From: a virus
Strand: one strand, 5' to 3'
Virus record (IMG/VR): IMGVR_UViG_3300021197_001654
Location: 1 to 64,000 of that record
DNA: 64,000 nt
Shown in pieces: positions 57,118-64,000 of the stretch. Under the pieces are notes generated by a model. That model made no database searches. It saw nothing but the letters and a program-made list of their open reading frames with translations, and was not told where the DNA came from. The translations under genes and the position numbers were made by a program. The stretch's first letter is position 1. Every line of letters begins with the position of its first letter.

Positions 57118-59859
57118 CTATATGTCCTTTAGGCTGCGTCCGACTTCAGCCTCTGCAGTCATCGTAACTTCCCACCCAGGAATCGTCACGGTCATGCATT
57201 CTTCAACTCGTTTGCGTGCAGCTTCCAACTCCGGCGGCAAAGGCTCACCCTCCACCGGCTTCCAGTCTGGTGGTAGATGGTCGGGTAACGGAACCTCTAC
57301 GGCAATTGAGTCATGGCACTGATGAATCATGCCCGTCCCCTTACCCGCGAAGTCAAACGCAAACTCATCAATGATAGCCTGCTCTGCAAGCCTCATGATC
57401 GATGACTCGGCCGCGAGTATCGGAAAGTTTACGACCTCGTTCTTCTTTCCATCTGACAGCGGGCCTGAGCGACGTCCGAAGACCGGCTCCTCCATAAAGC
57501 CTTGCTGGCTGTACTTACTGAGCATCTGCGCCCAGGCGTCCTGCCACTGAGGCTCGGCTTTCAACCACTTATTGTGGAAGTGCCTCACCTCACGAGGCTC
57601 GAATTTAAGGTAAGGCATTCGCCCGTCGTCAGTCTCGGTGCTTGTCAGTACCTGCCAGACTGTCATCGGGTCGGCCCAGTAAATCGACGCATACCGGAAC
57701 GTCTTCATGACGTCGCGCATGGCCTTAGCTTCGCCGCCCGTTGGCTTTCGGTCAAGGCTGAACCCATCTGGGCCCCAGCCACTGGCGTTCTTAAAATCAT
57801 TACCAAAAACATCATAGGCTAATAGATTGTGGGGATCCTTACCTGTGTCGAAGCACTCAAGTAGTCGCGGTATCTGCCAATAGCACGCCGTGATTCTGAG
57901 GTGCGCCTGGTCGAGGTCCGCGCCCACAAGTATGCGGCCCGGAGGAGCCGTAAAGATTGACTTAAGTCGGCCCTGACCCTTTCTGTTCCCAATGTTCTGG
58001 AGGTTTGGCCCTGAACTGGATAGCCTTCCTACGCTGGTAACGTGAGCGTTCCATGTAGACCTCACACGACCATCGTCATGCACTAGTCCCTTCTTCGGGT
58101 CTTGGCTCCTACGCCTAAGCGGAACGAGCACGGTCCCGAGAATCTTATTTTTCTCTCTACGATAAAGTCGAAGCTCCTTTAAAAATGACTCTTGATTACT
58201 GCTCAATTGACCCGATGCGAGGTGCCCACGGATTACTGCATCACCTGTACCTGGAGCGCCTGTCTCCGTATAAAACTCATTCGTGCTCATCGAAGCCGGA
58301 ATCCCGAGATTCCAAGACTCGTAAAGAAGCTTCCGAATCTGATCGACACTCCCAGGATTAAAGTTGCTGTCGACATACTTCTGCAACTCCTTGTAGCGCT
58401 TCTTGACCGAGATCTCGTACTCACACTCAAGCGAGCTTCGAAGCTCCTGGTCAATCCACACGCCGGATTTGTGCATTCCCACGCACATGTCTTGCGTTGC
58501 GTGATCAATTTCGTTTAGGTCCCAAGCCCTGCCGCTCGCCCAGAAACCAGGTTTAATTCCGTCATTGATTGGACGGAAGGCACCCATCTCAGTTGCCGCG
58601 TCGATCAGGGGTACCGTGATCCGTGCGTTTACAACCGTGTCGATAATGTTGTACCGAAGAAGTTCGGTGTCATCTTGGCTGCCCGTAGATATCTTCGTAC
58701 CTTTCTCGGTAGTCTCCCAGCGCTCGACGTCAGTCAGTACTGAGCCGATAGTCTTCAGCCCTTTCGGAAGGTCAGGAGCCCGGAACCGAGCATGAAAGAG
58801 AGTGTCGACCAACGGCGCAGGCGTAACGCCAAGCTGCGTCTCAACGACCATGCGGTCATAGTACCCAGCGTTGTGCCCCACCCACACGCGACCATCTGTG
58901 AACGCGGCGCAAATAATCTCGCGTATTCGGCGTTCTTGCTCTCGCGGGTAGATTCGAGTGACCCCATCCGTTGAGAGAATGCCGACGCCGACAGCCCGGC
59001 AAACTTGCGCTGGCGGTTCCCGAGCAGCCTTGCCTTCGTCGTCAAGGTCAGGAATAGCGATAGCAATAGTGCGTAGGTTGCACTCTAAGGGCTCGATGCC
59101 GTCAGTCTCAACGTCATACACCCAGAACGGTGCTGGTTGCGCTAGGAACTCTTCGAGTTGCTCAGGGGTGGGGTTGAGTAGGGAGTCAGGTTCAAGCCAG
59201 CGCAGCGTATCGTTGAACCAACGTGTCGCTTTAGAAATGTCGGCCTCAATAACGGGTCGCCAGTTCGGCGCTCGCGTAACGTAATGAGGCGAAAACGTGG
59301 CCAGCATCTTCTTATTAGTGGGCTCTAAACTCCAGAGCCAGTCGTCGTCAATGTACATCGGGCCACCACGTATGCCGTGAATGCTACCCGACTGACCGGA
59401 AAGTGTTCGCACCGCAGTCTTACCGAACGCGATGAACTTGTCGTACTTACTGAGCACGTTGAGCAATCGAGGCCTGCAGCAGTCGGCCGGGTGAGGTAGC
59501 GGGTCTTCGCCCTTACTGACACGCTTCTTGTTTAGGCGATCTAATGACTTCTCCATCCGACCCCACGCGCCACCTACCTTTCCTGGAGGCTTACACGCGA
59601 TGACGTTGTCGAGGTCTACGTGCGACCGGTTCATTCCGGCAGTCGCCAGGAACCGCGACCACTCACCAGCGGCGGTCCCCATAACGGGTCGACCGTGATT
59701 GATATCCTCTGCTCTAGGAGCTTCCCCGAGCGCTAAAATCTTAGCTCCAGGATGAAACTCGCCCATGACAGGACGCCACTCATCTTTCTGTAGCGCCCCG
59801 TTCGGGCCAAGAGGGCACTCATCGCAACGAGCACCGCATTGTTTTGGATTAGTATTCAT
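57118..59859 (-). CDS. polA: Family A DNA polymerase with N-terminal family-4 UDG-like domain and 3'-5' exonuclease
   Basis: CDECPL...GEAP...DNVIAC (UDG-like); YDVETDG, GHNAGYYD, YNIID (exo); GRLSSSGPNLQN, ADLDQAHLR, RDVMKTFRYASIY, CHDS (pol). Confidence 0.92.
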   Translation of the reverse strand: MNTNPKQCGARCDECPLGPNGALQKDEWRPVMGEFHPGAKILALGEAPRAEDINHGRPVMGTAAGEWSRFLATAGMNRSHVDLDNVIACKPPGKVGGAWGRMEKSLDRLNKKRVSKGEDPLPHPADCCRPRLLNVLSKYDKFIAFGKTAVRTLSGQSGSIHGIRGGPMYIDDDWLWSLEPTNKKMLATFSPHYVTRAPNWRPVIEADISKATRWFNDTLRWLEPDSLLNPTPEQLEEFLAQPAPFWVYDVETDGIEPLECNLRTIAIAIPDLDDEGKAAREPPAQVCRAVGVGILSTDGVTRIYPREQERRIREIICAAFTDGRVWVGHNAGYYDRMVVETQLGVTPAPLVDTLFHARFRAPDLPKGLKTIGSVLTDVERWETTEKGTKISTGSQDDTELLRYNIIDTVVNARITVPLIDAATEMGAFRPINDGIKPGFWASGRAWDLNEIDHATQDMCVGMHKSGVWIDQELRSSLECEYEISVKKRYKELQKYVDSNFNPGSVDQIRKLLYESWNLGIPASMSTNEFYTETGAPGTGDAVIRGHLASGQLSSNQESFLKELRLYRREKNKILGTVLVPLRRRSQDPKKGLVHDDGRVRSTWNAHVTSVGRLSSSGPNLQNIGNRKGQGRLKSIFTAPPGRILVGADLDQAHLRITACYWQIPRLLECFDTGKDPHNLLAYDVFGNDFKNASGWGPDGFSLDRKPTGGEAKAMRDVMKTFRYASIYWADPMTVWQVLTSTETDDGRMPYLKFEPREVRHFHNKWLKAEPQWQDAWAQMLSKYSQQGFMEEPVFGRRSGPLSDGKKNEVVNFPILAAESSIMRLAEQAIIDEFAFDFAGKGTGMIHQCHDSIAVEVPLPDHLPPDWKPVEGEPLPPELEAARKRVEECMTVTIPGWEVTMTAEAEVGRSLKDI

Positions 59860-59948
59860 AAGAAATAAGGCATCTATCTCGACCACCCACATGCCTACCT
59901 GCTGGGCCCTTGGGGGTACAGGTAACCCCCTGGTCTATCTACTCAGCT

Positions 59949-60545
59949 TCAGCTAACGATACCCTGCGCGGCACTTGCGGGAGGTGGTAGCGAGACTCCA
60001 GCGGAGGGCACAGGAGCGCCGTTAGACACAGCAGGCTTAGCCTCTGGTGATGGTGCAGGCTTCGCAGGTGTCGCAGGTGTCGCTACCTTCTGGAGAGCCT
60101 CGAACTGCTTCCGGTTCAGCCACTTACCGATCTCATTGTACGATCCCTGTACGCCCTTCTGGCCGGGGATGAACTCGATATGAGCTTTGCGTCCACCATT
60201 CTGGGCCGTCAGGAACCAGTTAGTGTTGATTTCCGCAGCGCCTTCGATGTCCGACGCTGAGTACCCGAGAGACTCAAGTATTGAGCGGAGTACCGCGAGT
60301 CGACCACGCAACTGCTTATCTGTGAGGTCCGTGAACAGCGCGCCTGTGTCATCGAATGGAAGACTCAGAAACGAGAACATCTTAAACCCGTTCTCAAATT
60401 GAATGTGAACTCGACGAGTCGTTGCCTTGTCTGTTGAGGCCCTTTCGATATTTACGACGCTGACCTCGTAGTAGCCCGCCTCCGGCGCCGAAGCCCCGAG
60501 AGCACTGATTCCTTGAAATGCGTTTCCTGATACTTTGATAGCCAT
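59949..60545 (-). CDS. Putative phage SSB / OB-fold protein (DUF669-like)
   Basis: PEAGYYEVSVVNIE N-terminus, YNEI, Pro/Ala tail; next to Sak4-like gene. Confidence 0.55.
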   Translation of the reverse strand: MAIKVSGNAFQGISALGASAPEAGYYEVSVVNIERASTDKATTRRVHIQFENGFKMFSFLSLPFDDTGALFTDLTDKQLRGRLAVLRSILESLGYSASDIEGAAEINTNWFLTAQNGGRKAHIEFIPGQKGVQGSYNEIGKWLNRKQFEALQKVATPATPAKPAPSPEAKPAVSNGAPVPSAGVSLPPPASAAQGIVS

Positions 60546-60562
60546 GATGGCTCCTTTTGTTG

Positions 60563-61543
60563 TTAGTTAATTGGTGGTGGAGGTGGAAGATTCGGAGACG
60601 AATTACTCTGAGCTTCCTCGTTAGAAAAATCAAACATTGATTGAGTTGCCTGCTGACCCAATACGCCACGCGCAATGCCATCCTGGCAAGCCCAGCGAAG
60701 ATGCAACCGATTGTCAGTCCGACCCGACACGGCTGACTTAATCGCTTCGGATACATCAGCCCCGCTAATGATATCATCTGCGACCGACTGAGCAACGTCA
60801 TCTTGCCATTCGAGGCCTTCGATGCGGCTCAACTGGTAGTTGCTCTTGCTCGCGCGTAAGATCTCGCGAAGATTACCCGGAGTCTTCGCCGAACAAGTTC
60901 CCGTGCGGTCACCGGTTACCCACTCAGGATTCGTCGGGTCGCAATAGTAGATGCTTGGGAACCACGGGTCCGGGTACGTAGGGTCCACCATCGCGCGAAC
61001 GTTGATGTCGCACCAAGATGGTAGCGTCTCAATTTGATTCCTCGAAGGCACATCGGGGCCGCCAGGGCAGAATCTCCCCTCCGCGTTTGTGCCGGGCATC
61101 CGCTCGTGGAAATTCATGAGTAAGTGAACCCCCAGGTACCGAGACGTATGGGCCACCTCCAGTAAGTGCTGGTTTAGCTGCTGGTAGGGGTAGAACCTAT
61201 CTTTCTTTCCGCTGCGGCCGGCGGGCGCATTCTCCGTCCACTCGAACATTGAGCGCTGGCACAAGTGACTAATGTCATCCACGACGAGGGCGTCATGCGA
61301 TGCTTTGTCGCTAATCTCTGCAAAGCTCTTCAGCATACTGACGAGGTCAGTAAGATTCTTCGGTGAATCGGGGTGTACTGACGGACTAAACCCCAACTCA
61401 TTCTGAGCCACAAGCGTAATCGCTGACGGCACCCCAAGGAACAATGCCCTGGGAAACGCAGCTAGCGCGTCACTCGTTTTCTTTTGTTTGGGTTTACCGT
61501 AGACTGTAATCATTACAGTCGGCAGCGGATCTGACTTACTCAT
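60563..61543 (-). CDS. AAA_24 / Sak4-like recombination ATPase
   Basis: ITVYGKPKQKKTS, LVVDDIS, MNFHE, GDRTG. Confidence 0.75.
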   Translation of the reverse strand: MSKSDPLPTVMITVYGKPKQKKTSDALAAFPRALFLGVPSAITLVAQNELGFSPSVHPDSPKNLTDLVSMLKSFAEISDKASHDALVVDDISHLCQRSMFEWTENAPAGRSGKKDRFYPYQQLNQHLLEVAHTSRYLGVHLLMNFHERMPGTNAEGRFCPGGPDVPSRNQIETLPSWCDINVRAMVDPTYPDPWFPSIYYCDPTNPEWVTGDRTGTCSAKTPGNLREILRASKSNYQLSRIEGLEWQDDVAQSVADDIISGADVSEAIKSAVSGRTDNRLHLRWACQDGIARGVLGQQATQSMFDFSNEEAQSNSSPNLPPPPPIN

Positions 61544-61552
61544 TGCTCTCTC

Positions 61553-62542
61553 CTAAATAGTCTTTGCGGCTTCGCCGTAGAAACAAAACTTAATACCGGG
61601 GCACGCGCCGTATCTTCCGATGCACGAGGTCTCATGCTGAACCTTAGGCCAGTCCCAGAAACTGGGTGAATCTACCTCAAGCCGAGCCAGCCTGTGCTCA
61701 TCGCGCCAAATCATCTCGGCAAAATGATTATCTCGGTGAGGTGTCGCAGGAACCATCGGACGCGCGACGCGCCAGGGAGCCTGAGTCTGAATCAAGTTAA
61801 GCCCCAGGCCGCCGAAGTCGCTGCCGTACATCTGCTTGCCCATGATTCGGAACGCCGCGAACCCACCATCGATTGCGTAGCCGTCGACATTCTTGTTCGC
61901 CTGCACGCGAGCCTGGTGCTTGTGGTCCCAGATAAATGTGCGTCCTCCGCGCTCTTTAGTAACCATGTCGAGACGTCTGGTCAGCGTCAGGGCAGCCCCT
62001 GAATCTGGGTGGCCGGGGCAATTTAGCGGTGACGGAATAATCACGCCTCCGTCCCAAGCCTTAACCTTTGCGGCTCGACGATTGAAACCTGTATCCTCAG
62101 CGTGTACAACCCATAGACCCCACTGGTTGTCTTTAGTTCCGAGAACTGCAGTCACGGGGTACTCGACTTTAATCACGTTACCCGGAGGTTCGGGGTGTTT
62201 CGACATGTACCGCCTAAAGGTCTCAAGCATACGTTCAAGATGCTCATGCCCACCATTGGTATCGCACCACATCTCTACGGCTTCTTCAGGGTCGAGAAAC
62301 ACGGCGGGATCATCGTGCCATGTCTCATCGACCCAGACACCTTCGTCGGAGGGAGCCCCCCAGATTGCGTGCTGATGCGCCTGGAGGATGTGGCCCATGC
62401 TTCCACGAGTCAAAGCGTGAGCCGGAATCATCGTAAGGTCAAGCCGTTGCCCATAGGCGAACAACTGCGGACATCGGGAGAAGGTTCCGATACGTGACCA
62501 CCCACGGTCAGACCTTCCTGCGTCGATAAGAATCTTTCTCAT
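61553..62542 (-). CDS. PD-(D/E)XK Cas4-like exonuclease
   Basis: WSRIGTFSRCP, GSMGH, TRRLDMV, IWDHKH, C-terminal C...CP...C. Confidence 0.75.
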   Translation of the reverse strand: MRKILIDAGRSDRGWSRIGTFSRCPQLFAYGQRLDLTMIPAHALTRGSMGHILQAHQHAIWGAPSDEGVWVDETWHDDPAVFLDPEEAVEMWCDTNGGHEHLERMLETFRRYMSKHPEPPGNVIKVEYPVTAVLGTKDNQWGLWVVHAEDTGFNRRAAKVKAWDGGVIIPSPLNCPGHPDSGAALTLTRRLDMVTKERGGRTFIWDHKHQARVQANKNVDGYAIDGGFAAFRIMGKQMYGSDFGGLGLNLIQTQAPWRVARPMVPATPHRDNHFAEMIWRDEHRLARLEVDSPSFWDWPKVQHETSCIGRYGACPGIKFCFYGEAAKTI

Positions 62543-62712
62543 CCCGCAGCCTTCCGGCGTTGGTTTTCCATGCGGCTTTTTGCGCTTAGTGCAAGCTTCC
62601 ACAGGCGTCGCTTCTGGGCCGCAATCAACACCTCTTGAGGATCAACTCCCTCTTTCTCCAGGAGCCTCCAGGGCACTCGCCTACGGTGAAGTCGTTCATC
62701 ATCTAAATCCAT
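62539..62712 (-). CDS. Small basic protein (57 aa)
   Basis: MDLDDERLHRRRVPWRLL...; coupled at both ends; not in ORF track. Confidence 0.5.
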   Translation of the reverse strand: MDLDDERLHRRRVPWRLLEKEGVDPQEVLIAAQKRRLWKLALSAKSRMENQRRKAAG

Positions 62713-64000
62713 CACGCTACCTCCAACTTGCTGATAATGCTGCTTACAAGAGCGTCCTCGTCTTCCATACCAAGAAGCTTGTCGCCCAAGCCATCAAGCT
62801 CATCGGCCTTAAGGAAGGACTCGATAGGGCCAAACTTGTCTACGAGAATCTGAACGACACGCTCGTCGTACGTTCCTTGAGCAACAACAACTTTAAGAAG
62901 CGTCGGGCTGCCTCCTAGACGGTCAAACCTGCCCTTCCATTGAAGGAAATCACCAGGCTTCCAAGGAAGCATCGCAAAGATAGCGAGGTTCGCCGTCTGC
63001 ATACCATCAACTCCGGTGCCCACACTCTGCCCCGTAGCCACCAGGCAGCACGCCTCATCGCTGTTCCTGAAGGCATCAATCATCTGGTCTCGCTCAGTCT
63101 CAGACACACCGCCATGGGCCATCCACACGGGCACACCCTTCTGGGCCTCGTCCCCCTTGCTTAATTGTTGACGCAATTGATGGGCCCACAACTCAGTCTC
63201 ACGCCTGCGCGCAGTAAAGATTACGACTTTACCGCCACCCTTTAGGCCCTCAATAGCCTCTTCGATGACGTACCGACGTTTACGCCCGCAGGCCTCGGCA
63301 AGTCTCGCCTCGACGACACGCTCTCGGCCCTCTGGCCGGGTCGCCGCCTCACGAGTCATCTGACGTACCGCTTGATTAAACGTTTGCTCGTCGCTAAACC
63401 GATCGGCACGATTAAGTTCAGTGTTACCCAGGTAATCTACCTGAACTCGCGTACTCGGAAGGCTCGAGTGCGACTCACTGTACGGAACTTCGTGTACAAA
63501 GAACGAGCACCTTGCTTTCAGTTCTTTGATGTTGGAATACCCGCTATCGTTCATGCCCCCGTAGGCGCCAGGCCGAGCATCGCAGTAGCGACTAGCAAAA
63601 TTAGAGTAGCTGTGGGAGAACCCGCCAGGAGCCAGCAAATCAAGCTGTGACCACAGCCTTCGAGGGCGTCCATCATCCAAGGGTGTAGCTGTCAGTCCGA
63701 TACGGAGGTCGATGCTCGAAATCCTCGACACTTCCATCATCGCAACTGCGCGAGCGTGGCGATTTACCTGTGAGTTAGGGTTCTTGCTCGCCGATGTCTT
63801 CCGCTTCTCGAAACGCACACTACCATCGACGTTATGAATCGCCGTCCAGCGTTTACTGTTTCCATGCGTGTGAATCTCGTCCAATATGAGTATTTCAGGG
63901 GCGATACCCCGGATAATCCCTATGTTATCGGCGATTGACTCCGCGCCGACCACGACAAACTTGCGTTGACCGGTTTCTGCGCACTCATCTACGTACTGAC
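62712..64000 (-). CDS. SF2/SNF2-like helicase, 5'-truncated
   Basis: LILDEIH, GLTATP, LWSQL, GTGVDG, QWKGRFDR; frame stays open to window edge. Confidence 0.85.
   Translation of the reverse strand, partial: QYVDECAETGQRKFVVVGAESIADNIGIIRGIAPEILILDEIHTHGNSKRWTAIHNVDGSVRFEKRKTSASKNPNSQVNRHARAVAMMEVSRISSIDLRIGLTATPLDDGRPRRLWSQLDLLAPGGFSHSYSNFASRYCDARPGAYGGMNDSGYSNIKELKARCSFFVHEVPYSESHSSLPSTRVQVDYLGNTELNRADRFSDEQTFNQAVRQMTREAATRPEGRERVVEARLAEACGRKRRYVIEEAIEGLKGGGKVVIFTARRRETELWAHQLRQQLSKGDEAQKGVPVWMAHGGVSETERDQMIDAFRNSDEACCLVATGQSVGTGVDGMQTANLAIFAMLPWKPGDFLQWKGRFDRLGGSPTLLKVVVAQGTYDERVVQILVDKFGPIESFLKADELDGLGDKLLGMEDEDALVSSIISKLEVA

Larger units (their letters stand above)
1..64000. mobile_element. 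Tailed dsDNA bacteriophage genome segment (podovirus-like); no integrase or host genes seen
   Basis: TerL, portal, major capsid, scaffold, adaptor/nozzle, tail fibre, PolA, helicases and dense small hypothetical ORFs; genes tightly packed with overlapping start/stop codons. Confidence 0.97.

Noticed and set aside
57118-59859. Calling the polymerase DpoZ or a dU-DNA polymerase
   Set aside because: No purZ, dATPase or other nucleotide-modification gene is recognisable in the window; specificity cannot be assigned from sequence alone
62580-62918. 112-aa plus-strand ORF
   Set aside because: Overlaps the helicase C-terminus and a coupled small gene on the minus strand; no RBS
1-64000. tRNA genes, integrase, lysis cassette, introns/inteins or stop-codon reassignment
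   Set aside because: None recognised; core genes are intact and normal in length under the standard code. Lysis genes may lie outside the window

Overview
The whole 64 kb window reads as one continuous piece of a tailed dsDNA bacteriophage genome. It is podovirus-like: portal, capsid, adaptor and nozzle-type tail proteins, large internal/ejection proteins and a tail fibre, with no tape-measure or tail-tube gene. It is cut at both edges, inside a tail-fibre gene on the left and an SF2/SNF2-like helicase on the right. Layout: (1) 1-24607 minus strand, capsid, tail and internal-protein genes, including a 2592-aa polyvalent protein with lysozyme-like and GNAT-like domains. (2) 24843-31871 plus strand, TerL, portal, small basic proteins and scaffold, divergent from the capsid gene. 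(3) 31926-37819 minus strand, a second decoration-like protein, a 1208-aa Rho_N-containing protein and small proteins. (4) 38364-50760 plus strand, about 35 small early-type genes, strongly A+C-rich, with a repeated start-associated motif, a GTAAC/GTTAC iteron cluster (likely origin) and a multi-hairpin non-coding stretch after ssb. (5) 51001-64000 minus strand, replication/recombination genes: TerS-like, DUF927/Cch-like helicase, Rad50-like ATPase, UDG-fused family A DNA polymerase, SSB-like, Sak4-like, Cas4-like nuclease, SF2 helicase. The most striking item is the polymerase, which keeps its catalytic aspartates but changes several near-invariant nucleotide-selection residues (E710-equivalent steric gate to His, Q849-equivalent to Leu, G767-equivalent to Trp) and carries an altered UDG-like domain. 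All family assignments come from motif recognition by eye; no database searches were run.
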